From a virus, in IMG/VR virus record IMGVR_UViG_3300032053_000013, positions 1 through 64,000 of that record: DNA of 64,000 nucleotides; one strand, written 5' to 3'. The notes under the pieces were generated by a model. That model was not told the origin of the DNA. It saw only the letters and a program-made list of their open reading frames with translations, and ran no database searches. Position 1 is the stretch's first letter. Every line of letters begins with the position of its first letter. The translations under genes and the position numbers were made by a program. Of this stretch, positions 1 through 7,864 are shown one piece after another.

Positions 1-192
1 GGGGCGAGGTTCAAGAGCAACGGGCGGATCTTCCGCATCACGGGGCTCAACCTCCGCGCCCAGCGGTTTCCGGTCCTCGCCGAGGACCTCTCGGGCAAGA
101 CGTTCAAGTTCCCGGCGGAGACCGTGAGGCGCCTCGTCGGGGCGGCTGCGGACCTGAACCGCCAGCCCGCCGAGGTCGGAGGGGTGGCGTGA
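1..192 (+). CDS. Hypothetical phage protein, 5'-truncated by window edge
   Basis: Frame 1 open from base 1 (GARFKSNGRIFRITGLNLRAQRFPVLAEDLSGKTFKF...) to TGA 190-192, overlapping next GTG. Confidence 0.65.
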   Translation, partial: GARFKSNGRIFRITGLNLRAQRFPVLAEDLSGKTFKFPAETVRRLVGAAADLNRQPAEVGGVA

Positions 193-347
193 GCGAGTGG
201 CACGAGGTCTACGCCAACGTGGTGGCGGTCGCCCGCTACCTCGTGGAGGTCGAGGATTGGACGGCGGCGGACCTCCTCGACTTCCTGGAGAAGCCCTGGA
301 AGTGGGGCGAGAAGTGGGCAGAGGTGCTGAAGAGGCGCGAATCATGA
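189..347 (+). CDS. Small hypothetical protein (52 aa)
   Basis: GTGA and ATGA overlaps at both ends; MSEWHEVYANVVAVARYLVEVEDWTAADLLDFLEKPWKW... Confidence 0.65.
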   Translation: MSEWHEVYANVVAVARYLVEVEDWTAADLLDFLEKPWKWGEKWAEVLKRRES

Positions 348-637
348 TCAAGGCCGAGCTGGACATCGTGTTCCACCGGGCCAGCCAGCCGGTGGAGAAC
401 GTCAGCGAGAAGGCGGGGGCGTGCTGGGAGATCTCCTTCTGGGAGAGGAAGAGGGAGATCACCACGGAGCAGGCGGCCGCCTTCCTGCGGTGGCAGGCCC
501 TCCAGATCAACGGGGAGTGGGACGCCGAGGCCCTGCGCGAGGCGCGGGACCTCCTGCGCCGCAAGGCGGACCTGATCAAGGGCGGGCCGGGCTGGGCCCT
601 GGTATGGGACCCATCGGCCCAGGAGGCGGCCCCGTGA
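344..637 (+). CDS. Hypothetical protein
   Basis: ATGA-coupled start at 344 (MIKAELDIVF...), GTGA-coupled to next gene. Confidence 0.65.
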   Translation: MIKAELDIVFHRASQPVENVSEKAGACWEISFWERKREITTEQAAAFLRWQALQINGEWDAEALREARDLLRRKADLIKGGPGWALVWDPSAQEAAP

Positions 638-1035
638 ACGAGGAGAGGCTCCTCGCGGCGCTGCGCGATCTGACCGAGGCCGTCTCCGCCCTCGTGAGGG
701 CGGTGGAGGCCGGAAGGGGGGAGACGGAGCGCCTCTGCGACCTGGTCCAGCCCATCGTGGAGAAGATCGCGGAGGACGGGGCGGAGGGGAGGGTCGCCAG
801 GGCGATCATGGGGCCCCGGAAGATCGGGACCATGTCCCGCAACGACTACGCGATCCTCAAGGACGCGATCGAGAGCCGTCCCGAATCGCCCACGGGGAAT
901 AAGACCATGGCGATCAAGGCCATCCGGTCCGCGACCGGGATGGGCCTTTTGGAGGCCAGGGACCTCGTGGACGAGTATTGGGTGACGAGCGAGGACAGGA
1001 AGAGGCTCCTCGACTTCTTCGACGTGGCGAGGTGA
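634..1035 (+). CDS. Protein with ribosomal bL12 (L7/L12) C-terminal-domain-like motif
   Basis: NKTMAIKAIRSATGMGLLEARDLVD matches the bL12 CTD signature KI.VIK.VR..TGLGLKEAK.LVE. Confidence 0.65.
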   Translation: MNEERLLAALRDLTEAVSALVRAVEAGRGETERLCDLVQPIVEKIAEDGAEGRVARAIMGPRKIGTMSRNDYAILKDAIESRPESPTGNKTMAIKAIRSATGMGLLEARDLVDEYWVTSEDRKRLLDFFDVAR

Positions 1036-1039
1036 TGGC

Positions 1040-1483
1040 GTGTTCGTCATGGCGGGGAAAGACCTGATGTATCTGGTGACCTGGCGCATCCCTGAGGTCG
1101 TCGAGAAGGTGATGCAGAAGGGCCACTCGAAGTGGTGCGACAGCGCGAGGATCGTCCCCTGGTCCGCTGGCGAGGAGGTGGGGGCGACCCTCCGGTTTTC
1201 CATCAAGCGCGGCTCGAAGGGGGACTTCGCCCTCTCCTGGGGGGCGGCGTACGACGAGCACTCGAAGGTGAGCCTCACCCTCTACGACGGGGACGTCGCG
1301 GGCCTTCTCTACGACGCGGTGTTCGGACCCGGGGGGCCCGATCGGGCGGACAACGCGAAGATCGACCTCGACGGGACCGTCAAGGGGAGGGTCGAGTGCG
1401 TGGCCGTGAAGGACCTCGTGAGCCGGATCGTCGAGAAGATCAGGAACGTGGCGGTCGCCCACAAGATGATGGAGGGGGCGTGA
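1040..1483 (+). CDS. Hypothetical protein
   Basis: ORF fits the gene tiling, coupled to next gene. Confidence 0.65.
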   Translation: MFVMAGKDLMYLVTWRIPEVVEKVMQKGHSKWCDSARIVPWSAGEEVGATLRFSIKRGSKGDFALSWGAAYDEHSKVSLTLYDGDVAGLLYDAVFGPGGPDRADNAKIDLDGTVKGRVECVAVKDLVSRIVEKIRNVAVAHKMMEGA

Positions 1484-1743
1484 AGGCCCGCATCTGCATC
1501 TTGACGCAGAGGCGGAAGAGCATGTGGTCGAAGGCCCACTGGTTCTTCGACGCCGGGGAGCCCCGTGGGGTCGTGGTCAGGGCGGCGTGCGGGTTCGAGG
1601 CCAACAGCGGGATGCTGGCGGAGCCAACGGCCTACTACTACCTGAACGGGGCCAAAAAGGGGTGGTGCAGGAGGTGCCGGAGGTGGATGGAGCGGCACCG
1701 GGACGAGATCCTGACCTGCGAGCGGATCATGGAGGTGTCATGA
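1480..1743 (+). CDS. Small Cys/His-rich putative Zn-binding protein
   Basis: GTGA overlap; AH...AACG...WCRRC motif. Confidence 0.6.
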   Translation: MKARICILTQRRKSMWSKAHWFFDAGEPRGVVVRAACGFEANSGMLAEPTAYYYLNGAKKGWCRRCRRWMERHRDEILTCERIMEVS

Positions 1744-2105
1744 AAGCCACGGTAGGGGAGCACGGCGCGGACGACCGGAAGGGCGTCGGCATCGACTTCT
1801 TCGCTGGGGTGTGCAAGGTCCTCGCCAGGTGCCACGGGAACCGTCTCCTGGACGTGGCGGCGGCGAACACGATCAAGGACCGCCTGGCCGACATCGAGGC
1901 CCTCTACAAGACGATGGAAATAGTCCCCAGGCTTTGGAAGCCGGGGTTCAAGGGCAGGGACTCCTACTACTGCACCTGCTGGGACAGGGGCGCGGGGCGC
2001 GACCCGATCGGGCCCTCCGACCCCCTGGTCCCCAAGGGGAAGTCGGGGGGGCCGATCCACCAGAAGGGGGACGATCAGTGCTGGGTGGGGAGGGGGAAGA
2101 CGTGA
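1740..2105 (+). CDS. Hypothetical protein
   Basis: GGAGG then ATGA overlap at 1740. Confidence 0.55.
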   Translation: MKATVGEHGADDRKGVGIDFFAGVCKVLARCHGNRLLDVAAANTIKDRLADIEALYKTMEIVPRLWKPGFKGRDSYYCTCWDRGAGRDPIGPSDPLVPKGKSGGPIHQKGDDQCWVGRGKT

Positions 2106-2112
2106 GGCGGGC

Positions 2113-2433
2113 ATGGCCTGGAGATTCCCGGTGAAGCCGGAGCGCGGCAAGTTCTACGTCGGGTCTTCGCTGCTCCAGAGGGAGCCGAAGTTCCATGTGT
2201 GGGAGGTCGTCGAGGGAAACCTCGGGGAGGGCGTCCTGCGCTCGATGTGCGGGCTGGAGATGGAGCGCAGGAGGATGACGCTGTACCGGGGGATGTGGGG
2301 CCGGTTGAGGAGGTACGGCCCGCGCCTCTGCAAGCGGTGCCGGTGGGAGGAGGCCCAGGCGGCGGCGCTCCTCGGGGGGATGGACGAGGAGGAGACCGCC
2401 GAGGAGCACGCCTTCACGGCGGAGGTGTTGTAG
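2113..2433 (+). CDS. Putative Zn-binding hypothetical protein
   Basis: FH...MCG...LCKRC motif, same pattern as 1480-1743. Confidence 0.6.
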   Translation: MAWRFPVKPERGKFYVGSSLLQREPKFHVWEVVEGNLGEGVLRSMCGLEMERRRMTLYRGMWGRLRRYGPRLCKRCRWEEAQAAALLGGMDEEETAEEHAFTAEVL

Positions 2434-2500
2434 GATTTTTGCGGATTCCCTATTGACTAATGTTAGAAAACATATATAATATATGTGTCAAGTGAGTGAG
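2434..2500 (+). promoter_or_regulatory. Early-type promoter P1: TTGACT-N16-TATAAT with a palindrome over the -10
   Basis: TTGACT 2453-2458, TATAAT 2475-2480, inverted repeat ACATATA-TAA-TATATGT 2470-2486; AT-rich patch in GC-rich DNA; near-copy at 4805. Confidence 0.85.
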
Positions 2501-2507
2501 GCGGGAG

Positions 2508-2681
2508 ATGAGCGTAGAGAGCATGCTGGCGAAAATGGCCCGGGACTGGAGGGTGGAGATCACGGCCGAGTCCGACGGCGCGGACACCTTCTGGAAGGTG
2601 TCCATCTCCCGCGGCGGGGACCTGTGCACGTACGTCCGGAGGACCCTGGCGTCGGCCGTGGCCGCCGCCTTCGGGGGGTAG
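2508..2681 (+). CDS. Small hypothetical protein
   Basis: First ORF after P1, GGGAG upstream. Confidence 0.6.
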   Translation: MSVESMLAKMARDWRVEITAESDGADTFWKVSISRGGDLCTYVRRTLASAVAAAFGG

Positions 2682-2690
2682 GAGGCTGAG

Positions 2691-2861
2691 ATGCGCGGAG
2701 CGGCTGTCCAGGGGATCGTGGTGTCCTGCCCCGACTGCGGGGAGGTGGACGAGGCGGACGTCGAGGTAGTCGACGTCTCCGAGAACGAGTTCGGCGAGGA
2801 CGTCCTCGCCTTCGTGTGCAAGTGCGGCGCACTGAGGAAGAGCCCGCGGAGAGGACGCTGA
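2691..2861 (+). CDS. Small Zn-ribbon protein (CPDC...CKC), 56 aa, not in ORF track
   Basis: GGAGG RBS; MRGAAVQGIVVSCPDCGEVDEADVEVVDVSENEFGEDVLAFVCKCGALRKSPRRGR. Confidence 0.65.
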   Translation: MRGAAVQGIVVSCPDCGEVDEADVEVVDVSENEFGEDVLAFVCKCGALRKSPRRGR

Positions 2862-2862
2862 C

Positions 2863-3222
2863 ATGGGGTCGTCGTGCGATTTCTGCCCCGCCAAGTGCGC
2901 GGACTGCGCCAGCGGGGACCTGGCCGGGGGCACCTCCTGCCATGAGGCCAAGGAGCGGTACGCCAAGGGGCAGGAAGAACTCCAGAAGAACCCCCTGGTG
3001 GGCCTCATGCGGAAGGCGGACCACCGGAAGCGCGAGATGGTCCGCCTCATCACGGGCGGGATGACGCGGGTGGCGGGGAGGCGCTACCGGATCAAGGAGG
3101 AGGACTTCCTGGCGATGAGCCTGGACGCCCTCCACGAGGTCTGGCGGTTCATCCGGGACGCGGAGCAGGAGGAGATGATGAAGGTCAACAAGGCGAGGCG
3201 CGAGCCGTGGAGGATGGGATGA
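2863..3222 (+). CDS. Hypothetical protein with Cys-rich N-terminus
   Basis: CDFCPAKCADC...C; ATGA-coupled to next gene. Confidence 0.65.
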   Translation: MGSSCDFCPAKCADCASGDLAGGTSCHEAKERYAKGQEELQKNPLVGLMRKADHRKREMVRLITGGMTRVAGRRYRIKEEDFLAMSLDALHEVWRFIRDAEQEEMMKVNKARREPWRMG

Positions 3223-3947
3223 CCTGGTTCAAGATCGAGTGGCCCAAGATGGTTGAGGTCGTCCCCGAGGGCGAGCGCGGGGAGGCCAAGGTCGCGCACT
3301 TCGAGGTCGACGAGAAGGCCAGCCGGTTCACGTCGATACGGGCGGCCGTCAACATGCGCTCGGGCGAGTACGTCCCGCCGGGGAGGTACGCCCGGCTCGT
3401 CGTCGGGGGGGACCTGATGATGAGCGACACCCAGATGGAGCAGGACACGAACTCCTGCGCCGTCCACGCGGCCAACGGGGACGTCCTGATCGCGGGCATG
3501 GGCCTGGGGGTCATGCTGATCCCGACGTGCCGGAAGCCCGAGGTCACGAAGGTGCTGGTGGTCGAGAAGTCCAAGGACGTGATCGACCTGGTCGGGCCCC
3601 ACGTCCGCAGGTTCCTGGGGAAGGACGCGGAGAAGCTGACCATCGTCCAGGGGGACATCTTCGACTTCAAGCCCCCGAAGGGCCAGATGTGGGACACGAT
3701 CTGGTGGGACGTCTGGCCGACGGTCTGCGAGGACAACCTCGACGGCCTCTCCACCCTCAAGCGGAGGTTCTGCAAGCGGCTGAACAAGGGGAACCCGAGG
3801 TGCTGGATGGGCGCCTGGGAGGAGGACAGCTTGCGGGACATGCGGCGCCGGAGTAGGCGCGAGGAGCGGGAGTGGGCGTTCTGGAGGAACCCGCTGATGG
3901 AACTCGCCGGGAGGATCCCGAAGGAAGTCGACGGGGTGAGCCTGTGA
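3219..3947 (+). CDS. Class I SAM-dependent methyltransferase, spermidine-synthase-like fold
   Basis: DVLIAGMGLG (motif I), VLVVEKSKDVI (II), IVQGDIF (III), WDTIWWDVW (IV). Confidence 0.8.
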   Translation: MTWFKIEWPKMVEVVPEGERGEAKVAHFEVDEKASRFTSIRAAVNMRSGEYVPPGRYARLVVGGDLMMSDTQMEQDTNSCAVHAANGDVLIAGMGLGVMLIPTCRKPEVTKVLVVEKSKDVIDLVGPHVRRFLGKDAEKLTIVQGDIFDFKPPKGQMWDTIWWDVWPTVCEDNLDGLSTLKRRFCKRLNKGNPRCWMGAWEEDSLRDMRRRSRREEREWAFWRNPLMELAGRIPKEVDGVSL

Positions 3948-4141
3948 GGGGGGGAGGGAAGAAGGGATTCTGCTGGAACAGCCGCCGGTGGGTCGTCCTA
4001 ATGGACCTGAGGATGTCCTACCCGGAGGCCTGCCCGTCGAGGGGGATGGGGTGCGCGGGGTGCTCGTACTTCGAGGAGCGGGAGCAGACGGCGTACGTCC
4101 GGAGGGTCTTGCGGATCCTGTCCAGGTGGCCCGATGGCTAA
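3944..4141 (+). CDS. Small Cys-rich hypothetical protein
   Basis: GTGA overlap; CPSRGMGCAGC. Confidence 0.5.
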   Translation: MRGGGKKGFCWNSRRWVVLMDLRMSYPEACPSRGMGCAGCSYFEEREQTAYVRRVLRILSRWPDG

Positions 4142-4367
4142 GCAGTGCTCGTGGTGCCAGGCGCTCGACGGCCAGTCCTACTGGAAGGTCGTCGACGGGG
4201 TCCTGGGCGGGAAGGACGGCAGGGCGCGGGGAGTCTGCCGCCTGCGGGATTTCCATGCGCTTCTTGAGGGCGGCGAGGAGAAGGATGTTTCCTTCTGCTC
4301 GAAGGCTGAGGCCGACCTCTGGGCGAAGGAGCAGGGTAGGAGGTTCGTCGGGTGGCGGGTCCGCTGA
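4134..4367 (+). CDS. Small hypothetical protein
   Basis: CSWC motif, fits tiling. Confidence 0.55.
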   Translation: MAKQCSWCQALDGQSYWKVVDGVLGGKDGRARGVCRLRDFHALLEGGEEKDVSFCSKAEADLWAKEQGRRFVGWRVR

Positions 4368-4831
4368 TCCTCCCAAGGGCGTTCTTCGACGTCCTCAGGG
4401 CGGGCAGGCTCGGGAAGAAGGACGTCGGGATCAGGGTCAAGCTCGGAGGGGGGCGCGTCGTCCTCTGGATCGAGGTCGGCGGGGCGAGCCACGGGTTCGA
4501 GATCTCGCGGAGGGGGCGTGGCGGGAGGGTGCGGGTCCTGTCCCTCGACGGGAACGCGGAGGAGGAGACGCGGGGGTGGGCGGCGGCGGCGGAGGTCGTC
4601 CGAGGAGATGCGGAGGCGGCCTGGGTCGGGGACGTCATGGCCGGGGAGGGCGGGGGGGGCCTGACGGGGGGTCGGGCCCTGCCGAAGGCCCGCCGGACGG
4701 CCGACATGGCCTCCTTTCCTGCTCGCCACGGGTTATACGCCAGCCGGGGGCCCGGAGTGACGCGGAAACCTTACGTTCCCGGAAAGATTTCCCCGGAATT
4801 GCCGTTGACTAAAGGGGGAAAACCTATATAA
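4352..4831 (+). CDS. Hypothetical protein; 3' part doubtful because it runs through promoter P2
   Basis: Only + strand ORF filling the gap. Confidence 0.35.
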   Translation: MAGPLILPRAFFDVLRAGRLGKKDVGIRVKLGGGRVVLWIEVGGASHGFEISRRGRGGRVRVLSLDGNAEEETRGWAAAAEVVRGDAEAAWVGDVMAGEGGGGLTGGRALPKARRTADMASFPARHGLYASRGPGVTRKPYVPGKISPELPLTKGGKPI

Positions 4832-4852
4832 TATAGGTGTGATGAGTGAGGA
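4785..4852 (+). promoter_or_regulatory. Early-type promoter P2: TTGACT-N16-TATAAT with a palindrome over the -10
   Basis: TTGACT 4805-4810, TATAAT 4827-4832, inverted repeat ACCTATA-TAA-TATAGGT 4822-4838; shares TTGACTAA-N5-GAAAAC-N-TATATAATATA-N-GTGT...GAGTGAG with P1. Confidence 0.85.
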
Positions 4853-4859
4853 GGGGACC

Positions 4860-5378
4860 ATGAGCTGGGACACCGAGGCCACCAAGAAGGCGAAGAAGGC
4901 GGCGGTCCAGGGAGCCCTGGAGCGGTCCGACGAGTTCGTGGTCCACGCCCTCAAGGCCGTCTACGCCCGGCAGACCGCCGACGAGCGCGGGGCAGGGGTC
5001 ACCGTCCACTCCAACGGGCGGGGCTTCACGGGCTTCGACGCCATCATCCTCTCCTCCTTCGCGAAGCAGGTCTCGAAGTGGGAGGCGGACTCCGAGAGGC
5101 GGTTCTCCTCCCCCCTGTCCCCCAAGCAGATGGCGGCCGCCCGCAAGATGATGCCCAAGTACTGGGCGCAGCTCATCGAGGTGGCGGACGAGAAGGCCAA
5201 GGCGGCCCCCGCCCTGGTCGAGGCCGCGAAGTCCGGGACCTCGCTCCCGCTGATGGATCAGTGGGGGCACCCCATCAAGGACGAGATGGGCAACGTCGTC
5301 CGCATCGAGGGCGAGGACGAGCCGGTGTACTGCCTCGACGGGGACATGTGCTGCGAGACCCCGGCGTCCAGGGCGTAA
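4860..5378 (+). CDS. Conserved large-phage hypothetical protein
   Basis: AL.AVYARQTADE...T...NGRGFTGFDA.ILSSFAKQ...LSPKQ...KYWAQL pattern familiar from large phages; first gene after P2. Confidence 0.75.
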   Translation: MSWDTEATKKAKKAAVQGALERSDEFVVHALKAVYARQTADERGAGVTVHSNGRGFTGFDAIILSSFAKQVSKWEADSERRFSSPLSPKQMAAARKMMPKYWAQLIEVADEKAKAAPALVEAAKSGTSLPLMDQWGHPIKDEMGNVVRIEGEDEPVYCLDGDMCCETPASRA

Positions 5379-5389
5379 CGGAGGGGAAG

Positions 5390-5857
5390 ATGGACCCGAG
5401 GCACGACAAGAGGAAGATCCGCGAGGCCGCGAGGGAGTGGCGCGAGGACCGGAGGGCCGCGGCCGGGCGGGAGAGGAACGCCACATTCCTGGCCGAGGTC
5501 GAGGGGTCCCTCTGCGCGGCGTCGATAGCCGGGAACCCGGAGCCCGACCTGTGCCTGCTCTCGCTGGCCAGGGACTACCTCGCCAAGGGGCTCCAGGCCT
5601 CCCCGAGGATGCGGGAGATCGTCGGGCTCGTGCTCGACCTGAAGGGGGCGGAGCCGGGGGAGGAGCGCGAGGCCCTGCTGGAGATGCTTGAGGGGGCGGT
5701 CGGGCTCCTGCCGAGGACGGGGAGGTCGTTCGCCTACTCCCTCCTGGAGAGGCGGGACGGCTTCCTGTCGTTCTCGAACAGCGACAGGGAGTGGGGCGCG
5801 GTGGAGGACCTGCTCAACCAGGCCCTCGGAAGGGGAGCGTACGCTTTCCGGTGCTGA
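5390..5857 (+). CDS. Hypothetical protein
   Basis: GGAGGGG RBS, ATG 5390. Confidence 0.6.
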   Translation: MDPRHDKRKIREAAREWREDRRAAAGRERNATFLAEVEGSLCAASIAGNPEPDLCLLSLARDYLAKGLQASPRMREIVGLVLDLKGAEPGEEREALLEMLEGAVGLLPRTGRSFAYSLLERRDGFLSFSNSDREWGAVEDLLNQALGRGAYAFRC

Positions 5858-5873
5858 GCCGGAGGAGGACGGG

Positions 5874-5954
5874 ATGGCGACGATGACGGCGGCCGAGAAG
5901 ACGACCCTGTACTGCACCGCCTATTGCATCTTAATCTATGATGCAATATACTGA
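5874..5954 (+). pseudogene. Displaced original 5' end of the WGR-ligase gene (MATMTAAEKTTLYCT...)
   Basis: Strong GGAGGAGG RBS; KTTLYCT resembles KSVTLFCV at the start of the ligase beyond the HNH gene; frame stops inside the HNH promoter. Confidence 0.6.
5922..5952 (+). promoter_or_regulatory. Promoter of HNH cassette, TTGCAT-N17-TATACT, overlapped by a 9-bp inverted repeat
   Basis: TTGCAT 5924-5929, TATACT 5947-5952; TATTGCATC 5922-5930 / GATGCAATA 5940-5948. Confidence 0.8.
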
Positions 5955-5974
5955 CATCCAGAAGGAGGTGTCAG

Positions 5975-6502
5975 ATGCAAGGTGTCAAAGGGACCGGTCA
6001 GTCCGGAAGATCGAGGCGTGATCGCGAGCGTAGGGACAGACGTAGACAAGCGGGGTTGTGCCCAACATGTGGGAAGCGCCCGTTTGTTGTGGGCAAGACT
6101 TTGTGTGACCCTTGTAGGTTGGCCAGGAATGCGTCGGTCCACCGTTATCGTCTGACGACTCGCGGAAAGGAACGTACTGATTTCTGGGTCAAGAGGTGGA
6201 TCAAGAAGAATCCAGAGATGCGTCGGGAGCAGTCCCTACGCTGCTATCAAAAGTTGCGCGAAGAAGTGTTCGGGGTCTACGGGAAGGTGTGCGGGTGTTG
6301 TGGGGAAAGTGATATTAAATTTTTGACGATTGATCACATAGCCGGTGGTGGTCGTCGTCATACGGGAGCGATCAAGACGACGCTGTATGCTTGGCTGAGA
6401 CGGGAGGGTTTCCCGAAGGGGTTTCAGACGTTGTGCTGGAACTGCAATGCAGCGAAGCACATCTACGGGCGGTGTCCGCATCAGGAGGTCTGTGGTGGGT
6501 GA
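5975..6502 (+). CDS. Free-standing HNH homing endonuclease
   Basis: CPTC...CDPC Zn finger; YGKVCGCCGE...LTIDHI...QTLCWNCNAAK HNH core; visibly more A/T-rich than neighbours; AGGAGG RBS. Confidence 0.9.
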   Translation: MQGVKGTGQSGRSRRDRERRDRRRQAGLCPTCGKRPFVVGKTLCDPCRLARNASVHRYRLTTRGKERTDFWVKRWIKKNPEMRREQSLRCYQKLREEVFGVYGKVCGCCGESDIKFLTIDHIAGGGRRHTGAIKTTLYAWLRREGFPKGFQTLCWNCNAAKHIYGRCPHQEVCGG

Positions 6503-7613
6503 GCGAGTGAAGTCGGTCACACTTTTTTGCGTCGAGGGCGGAAGCAACAAGCAGTACACGGTCTGGATGGAGCGGTCCGGGAACGGATGGCTCGTGAACT
6601 TCCAGTTCGGGCCCGTCGGCGGGTGGGTCCAGGGAGGGGCCAAGACGAAGTCCCCCGTGTCCCGCGCCCAGGCGGAGAAGGTCTACGAGGGTCTCCTCAA
6701 GCAGAAGCGGGCGAAGGGCTACTCCGAGGGCGAGGACGCCCCGGCGTTCTCGCAGCCCGCCGCCAGGGCCGCGGCCCCCGCCCAAAAGGCCGCCGCGAAG
6801 GCGGAGGATGACCCCGGTCTGCGCCCCATGCTCCTGACGTGGGCGGAGGAGAGCGACCTGGGGTGGCTCGTCGGGGACGACGGGTGGGGGGCCCAGGAGA
6901 AGATCAACGGAAAGCGAATCATGATCAAGGTCACCCGCGGGGGAGTGGTGGGGCTGAACAAGCGGGGCCTGCCCTGCCCGATCCCGGAGGCAGTGGCCCG
7001 CGAGATGTCCGGGTTCGTCGGGGAGTTCGACGGGGAGATGGTCGGGGACGTCTACAACGTCTTCGACATGACGATGGACGGTGTCGCCAACGTGGGGACG
7101 AGCGGGTGCGAGTACCGCCACGGGCTGCTCGCCTCGCGGCTGGCGAAGCCGACGAAGCACGTCCGGGTCGTCCCGCTCGTGGTCGGCGCGGACGCGAAGG
7201 GGGTGCTGGTCGAGGGCCTGCGGGCGGGCCGGAAGGAGGGGGTGGTGTTCAAGCGGCTGGACGCGCCCTACGAGGCAGGGCGGCGCCCGAGCCTGGCGAA
7301 GGCCATCGCCGTGAAGGTGAAGTTCTACGCCGAGATCGCGGTCGAGGTCCTGAAGTGGAACGGGGACAAGTCCTCCGTGGAGGTCGCGGCCCTGGACTCC
7401 GGGCGGCTCGTGTCCGTGGGGAAGGTCACGATCCACGACAAGTATGTCGGCCAGGTGGCGCCGGGGGTGGTGGTCCGGGTGAAGTACCTGTACGCGACGG
7501 AGGCCGCGCAACTGTACCAGGCGAACCTGGACCCGACGGACGACGGCTCGGTGGTCGCCGACCAGGTGGCTGCGGACCCGATCGGGAGGCTGAAGTTCGA
7601 GAACAAGGATTGA
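6495..7613 (+). CDS. ATP-dependent DNA ligase-like protein with N-terminal WGR-like domain
   Basis: TLFC.EGGSNKQY...VNFQFGPVG (WGR-like); PMLL, QEKINGKR (motif I), FDGE (III), VFD (IIIa), EGVVFK (IV), VKVK (V); C-terminal OB fold. Start uncertain (6495 or 6507). Confidence 0.85.
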   Translation: MGERVKSVTLFCVEGGSNKQYTVWMERSGNGWLVNFQFGPVGGWVQGGAKTKSPVSRAQAEKVYEGLLKQKRAKGYSEGEDAPAFSQPAARAAAPAQKAAAKAEDDPGLRPMLLTWAEESDLGWLVGDDGWGAQEKINGKRIMIKVTRGGVVGLNKRGLPCPIPEAVAREMSGFVGEFDGEMVGDVYNVFDMTMDGVANVGTSGCEYRHGLLASRLAKPTKHVRVVPLVVGADAKGVLVEGLRAGRKEGVVFKRLDAPYEAGRRPSLAKAIAVKVKFYAEIAVEVLKWNGDKSSVEVAALDSGRLVSVGKVTIHDKYVGQVAPGVVVRVKYLYATEAAQLYQANLDPTDDGSVVADQVAADPIGRLKFENKD

Positions 7614-7648
7614 CGGGGGTTCCGGCGGAGGGCCGGGGGGAGGGTAGG

Positions 7649-7864
7649 ATGGGGGCGTGGAAGCGGTGCGGGGTGTGCGGGGGCAGGGTGCGGGTCCTCG
7701 CCGTCATGAGACTGGGCGAGGTGGACCTGGACCACGAGGCGTGGTCGTGCCTGAACCCGAGGTGCCAGCGGGTCGAGGTGGTCGGCCGCGGGGCGCGGGG
7801 CCGTGTTGGGGGGGATTTCCATGGCGGGACTGGGGAAGTTCAGGATCGAGGAGAGGTCGCTTGA
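7649..7864 (+). CDS. Small Zn-finger protein
   Basis: CGVC...CLNPRC; RBS GGAGGG. Confidence 0.5.
   Translation: MGAWKRCGVCGGRVRVLAVMRLGEVDLDHEAWSCLNPRCQRVEVVGRGARGRVGGDFHGGTGEVQDRGEVA

Noticed and set aside
6499-6510. GTG overlapping the HNH stop as ligase start
   Set aside because: Wrong frame (GTG AGC GAG TGA); in-frame starts are 6495 or 6507.
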